From the NCBI GenBank assembly GCA_965263035.1, contig OZ253580.1:6048001-6112000 (forward strand): a DNA stretch of 64,000 bases. The letters run 5' to 3'. The notes under the pieces are model-generated. The model searched no databases. It saw nothing but the letters and a program-made list of their open reading frames with translations, and had not been told where the DNA came from. Shown here one piece after another: positions 28,979 through 38,521 of this stretch (position 1 is the stretch's first letter; each line of letters opens with the position of its first letter). The DNA is from Acidobacteriota bacterium. Lineage in GTDB: Bacteria > Acidobacteriota > UBA6911 > RPQK01 > JAJDTT01. Made by a program: the position numbers and the translations under genes.

Positions 28979-29980
28979 TTAAGAACCGGGGCTGGCGATG
29001 AGTTCCTGCAGCCGGGCCCGGTAGGCGCGGACGTTCTCGAGGTCCCGGCGCTCGAGCAGGACTCCCGACATGGAGACGTGGCTCTCGACTTCCCTGCCCT
29101 GAATGACGTTGACGGCGGCTTTGACTGCCTGGTAGCCGATTTCAAAGGGTTTCTGGCCGGTGACGGCTTGCAGGATCCGGTCCTCCGACAGGAGAAAACC
29201 GAGCATCTGGTCGCTCACGTCGGTCCCGAAGACGGCGATGTCGCCTCCGCGTCCGGCGTTCTTGACGGCCATGACGGCCCCCACCGTCCCGCCCTCGTTG
29301 GCGCACCAGATCAGGTCGATCCCGGGATTGGCGGTGAGGATGTCGCCGGCCTTTCGGATGCCCATCTCGGGCAACCAGGCATCCTGCTCCGCCACGATCT
29401 CGACGCCGGGCAAATCGGCGATCTGACTCTTGAAACCGTTGGTCCGGGCTTCGCTCTGCTCCGTCAGCGCCGACTTGAAGGCCAGAATGGCGATCTGAGC
29501 CTTTCCATCCAGCTTCTCCTCGATGTAGGCGCGGGCCACCGTACCCGTCTGGGCGCCCAGGTTGGACTGGTCGCTCTCGATGAATGTGGCCGGAAGCCCG
29601 CCCACCACGGTGGAGTTGTACGCGATGACATGGATCCCGGCATCTCGCGCCTGCCGCAGAGCCGTGACCGATGCGGTGGCGCTCAGAGGCGAGAGGACGA
29701 TGGCGTCCACCTGCCGGGCGATGTAAGTGTTGACGAGCTGCAGTTCCTTCTCCGGCTTGCCGTCGACGGTGGACAGCAGCAGCTCGGCCCCTTCCTCCCT
29801 GGCCGCCTCCTGCATCCCGAATCGGACCAGACGGAAGAACTGGTCCTCCTGCATGAACATCCCGGCTATCTTCATGCGGCCGTCCTCGTCCGCCGCCGGC
29901 CCGCAGGCCGCCGACGAGAGCACCAGAAACAGGGAAATTCTGATCAGGAAGCGAAGTTGTGGTCGATGTCTCATGGCCAC
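28979..29980 (-). CDS. Sugar ABC transporter substrate-binding lipoprotein
   Basis: SAAC lipobox; RbsB-type motifs RTNGF, ANE and GTD. Confidence 0.88.
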   Translation of the reverse strand: MAMRHRPQLRFLIRISLFLVLSSAACGPAADEDGRMKIAGMFMQEDQFFRLVRFGMQEAAREEGAELLLSTVDGKPEKELQLVNTYIARQVDAIVLSPLSATASVTALRQARDAGIHVIAYNSTVVGGLPATFIESDQSNLGAQTGTVARAYIEEKLDGKAQIAILAFKSALTEQSEARTNGFKSQIADLPGVEIVAEQDAWLPEMGIRKAGDILTANPGIDLIWCANEGGTVGAVMAVKNAGRGGDIAVFGTDVSDQMLGFLLSEDRILQAVTGQKPFEIGYQAVKAAVNVIQGREVESHVSMSGVLLERRDLENVRAYRARLQELIASPGS

Positions 29981-30042
29981 GTCATTCTAGCAGCCCGCAG
30001 CTATAGTCCCGCACCGAGGAGAGAACGTCGACCGGCCCGCCC

Positions 30043-30840
30043 TCACAACTCTTTCAGCAACTTGCGGATCTGGGACGGAGTGTCCCTGCTCGGCACCGAT
30101 TCGGCGTCTTCGAGATAGCGTTCCAGCAGCTTCCGCGCTCTCGGATACAGGGGGGAGCGTTTCGCTCCGATCCACGCTTTGGCCGCAACCACCCAAAGTT
30201 TGCGGTTGTCGGGATCCCGTGCGAACGCGGTCTCGAAGAGCTCGTCGCTCTCCGCATGCTGGCGGCGCCGGGAGAGGTACGCGGCGTGTTCCGCCAAGTA
30301 ATCGGTGTTGTCCGGGTCAAGTTTGCGGGCCAGCACATACTGAGCGGCCGCATTCGTGAAGTCCTTGTCGTGCTCGAAACAGACGGCCCAGGCGATGGCG
30401 CCTCGTCCCTCGTCGATCTGCTTGATGCGATCGGCTATCTTCGGGGTTTCCGCCTTGTTTCCTCCCACGATGCCGGGAGCCTCAAAGTGGAAGTTCTGCA
30501 GGGCCTCCAAGGCGTCAAGATTCGAACCGTCCAGTTCCACGGCGCGTTCGAAATGCACCTTCACCTTCTTCGCCAGACCCATGGCCCGGAAGCGGCCAAA
30601 TCCCGTCATGCCTTCGGCCCGCCGCCCCATCGCGAGGCCCAGCCAATAATGGTAGGTCGAGCTGCCGGGATCCTTGCTCACAGCTCGTTCCAGCGATTTC
30701 TGCGCACGCTTGTAGTCCTCGATCCCATAAAGGCGGCGCCCTTCCTCCCAGTCCTCCCGTCCCGGCTCGCCGACCGCAAGGGCCGCGATGCAGAACAGCG
30801 CAAGTGCCAAACTCCCTCTAGCCATTATCGTCGCTCCCAT
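30043..30840 (-). CDS. Secreted tetratricopeptide-repeat protein
   Basis: Signal peptide; YHYWLGLAMG, FERAVELD and APGIVGG TPR patterns. Confidence 0.75.
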   Translation of the reverse strand: MGATIMARGSLALALFCIAALAVGEPGREDWEEGRRLYGIEDYKRAQKSLERAVSKDPGSSTYHYWLGLAMGRRAEGMTGFGRFRAMGLAKKVKVHFERAVELDGSNLDALEALQNFHFEAPGIVGGNKAETPKIADRIKQIDEGRGAIAWAVCFEHDKDFTNAAAQYVLARKLDPDNTDYLAEHAAYLSRRRQHAESDELFETAFARDPDNRKLWVVAAKAWIGAKRSPLYPRARKLLERYLEDAESVPSRDTPSQIRKLLKEL

Positions 30841-31130
30841 TCACATGAACTTGGATTCTTCGTTTCCCTGCTGCGCGGGGACTCATTCTCCATGACGCAA
30901 GTATCCGTCGGCAACCTTGCAGCTGTCATGATCATGGGTTCTGCCGTTTCTTCCTGCTCCCGACAGGAAAAACACACTGGAATCGGGCTGCCGGGAACAT
31001 GCCGGTGATAGTGGATGTCAGGCCGCCGGGTTCCAAAGGCGGGTTTGCAGAGGGCGTGAAGACCCAAGTTGGCAAGGTGCCGATCTGGGTGGCTACGAAT
31101 TGATGCCTTGGATGAGCTGGCCGGCGGCTT

Positions 31131-31220
31131 GGAAGGGGGACATTCTTGTCCCCCTGAATCCCAAGATTCGGCGACTGCAAATCGCCGCTCCGGTTCGGCG
31201 GCTGGAATGTCGCCGCTCCC
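31131..31220. repeat. REP-like hairpin cluster
   Basis: GGGGACATTCTTGTCCCC, CGGCGACTGCAAATCGCCGCTCC, CGGCGGCTGGAATGTCGCCGCTCCC. Confidence 0.7.
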
Positions 31221-31309
31221 GCCGAATCCCGATCCTCGTTTCTCCCAAGAGTTCGCCGCGCGCGGGCCCTTTGGGATGCACTATGGGCCTATCCGAGAGA
31301 TTGGTCGAA

Positions 31310-31891
31310 TCAGTCGGCGATCGTGATGATGGTGGTTTGGCGATCCAATCGCTTGCCCAACCAATGGCCAAGAATACCGCCCCCGACGGGTGCGACCACC
31401 AAGGCGACGATCCTGCCTACAGCCGCAGCACCACTCCATTCTCCCCATCCGCGAATGCCGAAGGCAGCCGGAAGCAAGGATCCGCCGCCGATTCCCAGCA
31501 TGAGTCCCTGCTTCCGTGCGATACCCACCAGTTTCTCCACACGGATTTCCTTCACTGATCCTCTGGCGATGGAAGCCTCGGAACCCCAGGGGTACTGCTT
31601 CGGGTCCGTGGCCATGATGATGCGATGGAGGTGGATGCTGTCGTCCAGCAACGTGACCGAATCGCTCCGGACAGCTCCTCCCTCGGTCAGGACGATGGTG
31701 ACCGTCGAGTCCCTGTCGAGGAGATAGGGGAGTCCCTCCCAGTGCATTTCACGCCGAGTCTCCGACCGGGCCTCCAGCGTCTGGGGAACCAAGAAAAGAG
31801 CGATCAAGCCTTGAACCAACAACATGGGCAACATCCCCGCTGCCGTGGTTTTCGTGAGCCAACCTTCATTCTTTTTGGTGTGATTTCTCAT
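31310..31891 (-). CDS. Hypothetical secreted/membrane protein with C-terminal glycine-rich helices
   Basis: AGGAGGAGG RBS, signal-like N-terminus, two C-terminal hydrophobic segments. Confidence 0.65.
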   Translation of the reverse strand: MRNHTKKNEGWLTKTTAAGMLPMLLVQGLIALFLVPQTLEARSETRREMHWEGLPYLLDRDSTVTIVLTEGGAVRSDSVTLLDDSIHLHRIIMATDPKQYPWGSEASIARGSVKEIRVEKLVGIARKQGLMLGIGGGSLLPAAFGIRGWGEWSGAAAVGRIVALVVAPVGGGILGHWLGKRLDRQTTIITIAD

Positions 31892-32062
31892 GGCGTCCTC
31901 CTCCTCATGGTTCGAAACCTCCGGACATTAGTAGATGTGAATTTTTCTCCGGAGGAGGCTCACCGAGTGAATTCGGACGGAGTGAGTCCGGAGGGTTTCG
32001 AAGGAAGGGGCCACGCCGATTGGCGCCGGTCCGAAACGTCCATCACAGGCGGCGATTCCGTG

Positions 32063-33619
32063 TCAGGATCGAGATCCTGGCCGCCAGACGGTAAGTCCCC
32101 GCAGATCCCTGTCATGCCGGCTTCCGATCAGGAGGCTGACGAAATACGCCACTCCAAAGAGAAGGAGATTGGCGAACGCGCTCACCCAGAAGTTGTCGGG
32201 GACGTGTGCGGACAGGCCGGGCAGGAGCTGCTTGCCGAGGGGAGTGCCCACGAACAGCCACCCTCCGACTGAGAGGACCGTGACCGCGGTGGCGGTCAGG
32301 GCCGCCCGGCTGTCCACGCGCAAGGTGACCATCCCCACGACGAACAAGCTGAAGAGACCCCCTCCCAGGATCGAGAGGAACATTCTGGAAAGATCGTCCA
32401 GGGTCTCGGAGACCCGGTAGAAGTGGATCGTACAGGCGGTGGTGATCATCACCACGCTGAAGAGCAAACTGACCAATCTTCCGACTTTCGCATAGTGATG
32501 CGGTCCCCGATCCTTGACCCACAATCTTCGGTAGAAGTCGGTGGTGACGGTGGCCGCCGTGGCGTTGATGCTCGAATCTAGCGTCGACATGGCGGACGCG
32601 AGCAGTCCGGTCAACACCAGCCCGGCCAAGCCGGCGGGGAGCTGAGTCAGGATGAATCTGGGAAATACGGCATCCGCTGGGAGCCCCTCCAGCCCGGTGT
32701 TGGGAACCACCTTCACGAAGACGTATAGGGCCGTACCCAGAAACACGAAGTAGGTCCAGGTCGGCACCGCCAGGCAGCAGCCGATGATGGCGCCCCGGTA
32801 GGCATCCTTGTCGCTCTTGGCGGCCGCGTAACGCTGGACGTTCGTCTGATCCGTGCCCGAGATCTGCAGCAGGATCATGAATTCGGCGACGATGTAGGCC
32901 CAGACGGTCTTCCCGTGGAGGGTGAGGTCGGTGCTGCCCAAATCGAACTTGTTGTCGGCTTCGGCCACCTGCAACAACTCGGCAAAACCTCCCGGCAGTT
33001 GAGACACGATGATGGGCAGACACAGGAGTCCTCCCCCGATGAGGGCGATTCCTTGAAAGACGTCCGTCCAGATCACCGCCTGGAGCCCTCCCAGGATGGT
33101 GTAGGCGGAGACCAGGATCCCCGCGACGATGATGATCACGGGCAGCGAGTCCTCGTCCGTCCCCAGGATGGACCGGATCGCCAGGGAGACGGCGTAGAGC
33201 ACCAGTCCGGTCCGGAAAAAGTGGAAGAGCACGAAGGCGGCGGCCGCATAGATCCGGGCCCAGAGTCCGAATCTGAGTTCCAGGTACTCGTAGGCCGAGC
33301 GCACACGCGTCGCCCGGTAGAAGGGAATGAACAGATAGACGGCCACGAACACCGCCGGAATGTAGGTGAAGAGGGACAGGACATTGCGCCAATTGGCGTC
33401 GCCGAAGGCGAAAGCGGGAAGTCCCAGGAAGGTCAGAGAGCTGACGATGGTGGCCATCAGGGAGAAGCCCACGACCCAGCCCGGCATGGACCGGCCCGCC
33501 AGGAAGTAGCCTTCATCCGTCTGGCTGCGGCGGGAGCAGTGAATTCCGATGGCGACCAGCAACAGGAAACCGAGGCCGATGATGATCTGGTCGAGCAATC
33601 GGATGTTGAGTCCCGTCAT
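32063..33619 (-). CDS. Sodium:solute symporter (SSS family)
   Basis: YFLAGRSMP, SAYEYLELRFG, GGLQAVIWTD, DQTNVQRY, SAMSTLDSSIN. Confidence 0.92.
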   Translation of the reverse strand: MTGLNIRLLDQIIIGLGFLLLVAIGIHCSRRSQTDEGYFLAGRSMPGWVVGFSLMATIVSSLTFLGLPAFAFGDANWRNVLSLFTYIPAVFVAVYLFIPFYRATRVRSAYEYLELRFGLWARIYAAAAFVLFHFFRTGLVLYAVSLAIRSILGTDEDSLPVIIIVAGILVSAYTILGGLQAVIWTDVFQGIALIGGGLLCLPIIVSQLPGGFAELLQVAEADNKFDLGSTDLTLHGKTVWAYIVAEFMILLQISGTDQTNVQRYAAAKSDKDAYRGAIIGCCLAVPTWTYFVFLGTALYVFVKVVPNTGLEGLPADAVFPRFILTQLPAGLAGLVLTGLLASAMSTLDSSINATAATVTTDFYRRLWVKDRGPHHYAKVGRLVSLLFSVVMITTACTIHFYRVSETLDDLSRMFLSILGGGLFSLFVVGMVTLRVDSRAALTATAVTVLSVGGWLFVGTPLGKQLLPGLSAHVPDNFWVSAFANLLLFGVAYFVSLLIGSRHDRDLRGLTVWRPGSRS

Positions 33620-33790
33620 GGTTTGGCTAGGAGTCTGCGCGGTAGAAATGATCGTAGCGAGAAAGTGGGGAATCGAGGCCAGATTTTCTCGATTTGGAGG
33701 TGCATAGTTGTTCTATTCGCCGAGAAATCGAGGAAATATGGACCGATTCTACCGCTTTCGCAGTAGATCAATTTCTGCGGCGCAGGCTCC

Positions 33791-33890
33791 TAGGAGGGGC
33801 GACTTTCTTGTCGCCCACTCCGGTCTTGTTCGCTCACGCCTCGGGGTTTCGTTACTCGGGAGTTCGGCGGCAAGAAATCCGCCGCCCCCA
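33791..33890. repeat. REP-like hairpin pair
   Basis: GGGCGACTTTCTTGTCGCCC and CGGCGGCAAGAAATCCGCCG. Confidence 0.7.
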
Positions 33891-33927
33891 TGCCTCCCCT
33901 ATTTCCGACTTGTAGGCGCAACCGTGG

Positions 33928-35466
33928 TTACTCTCCTCCGTGGGCCTGGAACCAGAATGCGTACAGGTCCGCCTCGCGCATATGGAAACGCAATCTTACG
34001 GATCGGCCTCGCAATGAATCCAGTTGAAAGGCCCGATTCCAGCGGATCATCTGACGGAGCCCGTCGGAGCGGATCGGAACGCAGTCTTCGGCGGAATAGC
34101 CGGGAAGAACGCGCCCCTCGGAATCCAGGAACTCGGCCCTCAGTTCCCCTTTTACATCGGCGTTCACGAACAACGATCCACCCGGCACGTGCAGAGTCCT
34201 GGTCGTGACCGTCCCCGGTTCCCGAGTCGCCGCCAGAGAGACGAAACCGTCCAGTCGAAGAGTCGCCAAGCCGATGGCCCGCTGCATCCGTCGCTCATCT
34301 TCGATCCAGCCCTCCTGCACCCGTTCCATCGCGTCCCGCCGGTACGGATGATTCCAAGCTCCGTAGTAGATCCAGATCTGGCCGTGACGGACGATGGGAG
34401 TGTTCAGGGAAACCATTTCAGAGTCCCACGTACCGGGTGCGCCGAGGCGGAACGCGACCCTCCCCGGAAAGATCCGCTGCCACCGAACGCCGTCCCGGCT
34501 GGTCGCCAGCTCGAAATGCGATTCCCGGCCTTTCCAGACCCAGAGCCAGGCGACGTAGTAGTGCTCGTAGATCAACGCCGGAAAGCCCTTGTAGTCCAGG
34601 TCCTCTCGCTCCGGAGCCAGGACCAGCTTCGGCTCGGACCACCGGAGAAAATCGTCGCTGGTGGAGCGAAAAATCGAGATCTGCGACTCCGCCGGGGAGG
34701 ATCCGGACGGATACATCCGAATGTAGACGACGTATTTTCCCGCGGCACGGTCCCAGCCCAACACGTTGGTTCCATTGCCTCCGGGACGCCAGGGATTGAG
34801 GTCCACATTGTGTTGCCAGTTTATTCCGTCCGGCGACGTCGCTTTGGTGATTCCCGCGAGTTGCCGGTAATCGGTCCGTGGCCAATCGCCGACGACGTCC
34901 GTATAGAGCATCTTGAAACGGCGTTGGGGATCCGGGTCCCGCGGGTCCCGGATGACGTTGGGCCGGCGCATCCAATGCTGTCCCCAGGGAAGGATGTTGT
35001 TTGCCCGGGAGCCGGCCCACTCCACCAATCCCAGATCGGGTTTCGTCCATCGGACTCCGTCTTCGGAAAAGGCGTAGCAGACCTTGTACCTCAGACCGCT
35101 GGGAACGGCGTCATCGAAGGTCGGAGCGAGGTACCAGGTCTTGAACAACCGGTCGTCATCGTCGTAGAGGATTCCACGACCATTCAGGTAGGCGGTCCAC
35201 TTCTCCCAGGGCTTGTCGCCGATGATCACCGGGTTTCCCGGCCAGCGTTGCGGTTCCTTGAGCAACCGCGAAACGTTCTCGGTGGAATCGATAACCCAGT
35301 CGTCCAGGAATAGCTGTTTCTGCCAGCCGACGGTGAGCACCGGCTCCTCTGAAGGCGCTGCGGACAGCCATGCCGTGGCTGTCAGGGCGGCAAGAAGGAC
35401 TGATAACGAGCCGTTTAATCCCATCATGCTCTTACGCATGAGTGTAAGCGCCTCAGGTGTGATCAA
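33928..35466 (-). CDS. Secreted five-bladed beta-propeller glycosidase-like protein
   Basis: QLFLDD, YAFSEDGVRWTKP, SPDGINW, SRDGVRW, IGLATLRLDGFVS. Start uncertain. Confidence 0.7.
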   Translation of the reverse strand: MITPEALTLMRKSMMGLNGSLSVLLAALTATAWLSAAPSEEPVLTVGWQKQLFLDDWVIDSTENVSRLLKEPQRWPGNPVIIGDKPWEKWTAYLNGRGILYDDDDRLFKTWYLAPTFDDAVPSGLRYKVCYAFSEDGVRWTKPDLGLVEWAGSRANNILPWGQHWMRRPNVIRDPRDPDPQRRFKMLYTDVVGDWPRTDYRQLAGITKATSPDGINWQHNVDLNPWRPGGNGTNVLGWDRAAGKYVVYIRMYPSGSSPAESQISIFRSTSDDFLRWSEPKLVLAPEREDLDYKGFPALIYEHYYVAWLWVWKGRESHFELATSRDGVRWQRIFPGRVAFRLGAPGTWDSEMVSLNTPIVRHGQIWIYYGAWNHPYRRDAMERVQEGWIEDERRMQRAIGLATLRLDGFVSLAATREPGTVTTRTLHVPGGSLFVNADVKGELRAEFLDSEGRVLPGYSAEDCVPIRSDGLRQMIRWNRAFQLDSLRGRSVRLRFHMREADLYAFWFQAHGGE

Positions 35467-36635
35467 GATGTCGGCATCGCCTCACTTAACTGCCGAGCCA
35501 GTCCGACAAATGCTTTCTCCGCTTCTTCGATCGCGCCATCGTTAGTCGCAAACGCGAGAACAGTGTTCTTGGCGGGCAGCAACATCAGCAAGGCGTACCA
35601 GAGCGTGTTGCTGCCGTTGTGCCAGATCAAAGGACCGCCCGCCCATTCTCGCTTGTATCGGACCCAGCCGTGCGCATAGTTCTCGAGAAACGGCGTATGC
35701 AGGCGTTCCCAACTCTCCTGCGGTAGCAAGGATGTTGCAGTCCTGCTTTCTCCCTCGAGATGGATGGCGCCGTAACGCGCCAAGTCCCGGATGCTCAAAT
35801 GCAGCCCGCCGGCCGGTGCCATTACCGGCGTATTGTCAGCAGGCGATTCGAATGGATCGACGGCGAACCGAAACCACAGCAACTTCATATGACCGAGCGG
35901 TTCCTCGTTCGGCTTGCCGCCCTTCGGCGGGCCAAATCCAGCGCTCTTCAGTTCCAGTGGAGTGAACACCTTCTGCGCAATCAAGGCTTCGTACGGGACA
36001 CCGGCGATGGCCTCGGAGATATGGCCGACGATGGTGTAACCAACGTTGGAATAGGCGAAACGCTTGCCACACGAGGATTCCGGTTCCTCCGCGAGGATGT
36101 CGGAGATGAATCGGCGTCTCGCGGCGACGAGTTCTTCCGCGCTGTCCGGCCACACCTGCAGCACCTTCCAAGAAAAGTTGGCGGGCGCTCCGGCGGTGTG
36201 AGTCAGCAGGTGTTGCAGCGTGCAGGGACGCCAACCGTCGGCCATCTCGATCTCGGGCAACAGATCAGGCAACGGCGTGTCGACCGACAGCCGCCCCTCG
36301 TGTTCCAGAACCGCAATCAACGTAGCCGTCATCGACTTGGCGATCGAGCCGGCGTGCCAGCGGTCGTCTACGGTCACCTCAATGCCCGTGCCCCGTCGGC
36401 GTTCGCCGCTGACGGCCACACCATTGAACCGGCCATCGGTGATCACGGCGGCGGCGACGCCGGTCAGACCCGTCTCGGATCGAAGTTGCCGGATGCTGGA
36501 CTCCAGAACCGTTTGGAAGTCTCCGGCGGACCAGTCGACAGTGACCTCCTCTGAACTGGAACAAGCGGTCGTCAACGCGATGATTGCCGTCGCGAGGCCG
36601 TTTGCGACCGAAAGGCAGAGGCGGCGGATTCCCAT
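35463..36635 (-). CDS. Serine hydrolase (beta-lactamase class C-like) lipoprotein
   Basis: SIAK (SxxK), LLTHTAG, YSN, HNGS. Confidence 0.88.
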   Translation of the reverse strand: MGIRRLCLSVANGLATAIIALTTACSSSEEVTVDWSAGDFQTVLESSIRQLRSETGLTGVAAAVITDGRFNGVAVSGERRRGTGIEVTVDDRWHAGSIAKSMTATLIAVLEHEGRLSVDTPLPDLLPEIEMADGWRPCTLQHLLTHTAGAPANFSWKVLQVWPDSAEELVAARRRFISDILAEEPESSCGKRFAYSNVGYTIVGHISEAIAGVPYEALIAQKVFTPLELKSAGFGPPKGGKPNEEPLGHMKLLWFRFAVDPFESPADNTPVMAPAGGLHLSIRDLARYGAIHLEGESRTATSLLPQESWERLHTPFLENYAHGWVRYKREWAGGPLIWHNGSNTLWYALLMLLPAKNTVLAFATNDGAIEEAEKAFVGLARQLSEAMPTS

Positions 36636-36705
36636 ATCTTCCTGAGAATCGCTATTCTAGACGGAATTGCTCTCCGCTTCCCCGATGATAAAGGCATCCG
36701 ACATC

Positions 36706-38373
36706 ATGAGAAGGCCATCCAGATCTCGGCTGATTCTCATCGCGATCGCCATCCTAGCTCTGATTGCCTCCCTGTGGCTCATCTGGGACCGACCACCCGA
36801 CGTTGCCTCTCACACAGAGAATTTCACTCCGCAGATCACCAGCGACAACGAAGCACTTGATGTGGTCTCGGCGCGCAAGAGAGACACCGGGCGAAAGCAG
36901 ATAAGGCTCGAAGCCTCGAGTTCGGCAGCTTTGGAGGAATCAGCAGCGATTCCAGACAGGCGCTGGCCGTCTGTTGGCACAGAGAAGCGACGGGCTGTGC
37001 AATCGATCATCGCCGGCATCGTCGCGAACAGCCAGGATGATGCTCCCATACAAGACGCACGCGTCACGCTATCTACGGCTGGCAGCGAGGAGGTACGGCT
37101 CGAAGCCGTCAGCGGTCACGACGGCAGGTTCCAGATGACCATCCGCGGATCAGGACGATACACGCTCCGTGCCCAGGCGAACGGCTTCCGGCCCTATTTC
37201 ACCGACGGGATACTCATTACGCCTGCTGAGGGAAGCCTTAATAAGAACATCCTGATGACACCGCAGATGGAACTTAGGGGCAGAGTCGTAGACCGGCACT
37301 CCCGAGGGATCGCTGGAGCGCCAGTCTGGCTCCGGGATGTGACCCGTAGACCGTTTGATAAGAAATCCAAGGTGCAGAGTGACAAATCAGGCCGTTTTCT
37401 GATGGCCGAGACACCTGTCTCCGGAACTTACTTCGCCGAGACCGCGCATCCTGAGTATGAACTTGATTCTGGTGTTCCTGTCACACTGCCCGAGGACGAC
37501 GAGGTGGTCATCACGATGCGCCGAGTGCCGGATCCGCTATTGGCCTCCGTATCTGGTCATGTTTGGGATTCGGACGGGCAACCCATTCATGGGGCACGCG
37601 TCAAATTAATTGAAGTTGAACCAGGCAGTCGGCTTTTGAACTATCTTGGAGACTCGTCGACAGACCCGACGGGCCGCTTTTTCTTTTCCAGAGTTCGTTG
37701 GGGTACATATTCGATAGGTGCGGAAGCCGGAGATTACGTCCACGGGAGGAAGGCATTAAAAGTTGAATCAAGTCAAGAATATGAAATCGATCTGGTTCTG
37801 AAAAGTGGGACGATAGTCCAAGGTGTCGTTGTCGACACGGAAGGTCTGCCCGTTGCCACAGCAGGCGTACATGTAACAATCGTAAAGGGAACAGGAGGAT
37901 CAGTTATTGGTGTTTTTACTCCCTCTGACGGCACTTTCAATATTCCAAAAGTTCCCCATGGAAGACACAGGATACAGGTGACCCATCGCGATTACGTTAT
38001 CTATGAATTCGCATTGGTGACGCCTACAGACGAATTCCTCACCGTCACCCTGCAGCCGGGACTCTCGTTGACCGGCTACGTCATGGATAAAAACAATGAA
38101 CAGATAAGAGAATTCTCCCTTCGACTGTCCCCAGCCAGTCGCCAACACGACGTAGCCGCCTACCCCTTCGAGTCAAAGACCGCAGACGTCTCCTCATCGG
38201 ACGGTTATTTCCGCATCAACGGTCTGGCACCCCAGACATATATTCTCTCTCTGCACCCGCCGAACGCAGAAAGCTTGGAGACTCTTCTCGAACTCTTGGA
38301 ATCGACGAGCGTCACCATCGTGCTCGACCCGTCAGACTCGGACTCACCCATTCAGATTCGCAAGTCCCGGTAG
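36706..38373 (+). CDS. Membrane-anchored carboxypeptidase-regulatory-like domain repeat protein (module copy 1)
   Basis: N-terminal TM helix; repeated G.V.D..G.PI.GA.V and T...G.F beta-sandwich motifs. Confidence 0.75.
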   Translation: MRRPSRSRLILIAIAILALIASLWLIWDRPPDVASHTENFTPQITSDNEALDVVSARKRDTGRKQIRLEASSSAALEESAAIPDRRWPSVGTEKRRAVQSIIAGIVANSQDDAPIQDARVTLSTAGSEEVRLEAVSGHDGRFQMTIRGSGRYTLRAQANGFRPYFTDGILITPAEGSLNKNILMTPQMELRGRVVDRHSRGIAGAPVWLRDVTRRPFDKKSKVQSDKSGRFLMAETPVSGTYFAETAHPEYELDSGVPVTLPEDDEVVITMRRVPDPLLASVSGHVWDSDGQPIHGARVKLIEVEPGSRLLNYLGDSSTDPTGRFFFSRVRWGTYSIGAEAGDYVHGRKALKVESSQEYEIDLVLKSGTIVQGVVVDTEGLPVATAGVHVTIVKGTGGSVIGVFTPSDGTFNIPKVPHGRHRIQVTHRDYVIYEFALVTPTDEFLTVTLQPGLSLTGYVMDKNNEQIREFSLRLSPASRQHDVAAYPFESKTADVSSSDGYFRINGLAPQTYILSLHPPNAESLETLLELLESTSVTIVLDPSDSDSPIQIRKSR

Positions 38374-38445
38374 ACATCGGGGTCTACGGGACGGAAACCG
38401 GCGGTAATACGACTCGTCGTGAGGCACCAGCCGTCCTTGGATTCC

Positions 38446-38475
38446 TTGCCCTGGGCCGTCCGCCATCGCTACACT
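38446..38475 (+). promoter_or_regulatory. Putative sigma70 promoter for the PSD1 gene, conserved in both module copies (also 52040-52069)
   Basis: TTGCC(C/T)-N18-TACACT retained in both paralogous intergenic regions. Confidence 0.45.
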
Positions 38476-38521
38476 TCCGGGCATCGGTGGAGAGCCCGCG
38501 GGTTCGAAACCGACTTCAGCC

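Noticed and set aside
38497-38515. tRNA gene or tRNA-derived att site (GGTTCGAAACC)
   Set aside because: No acceptor, D or anticodon arms and no CCA; only a T-arm-like hairpin.
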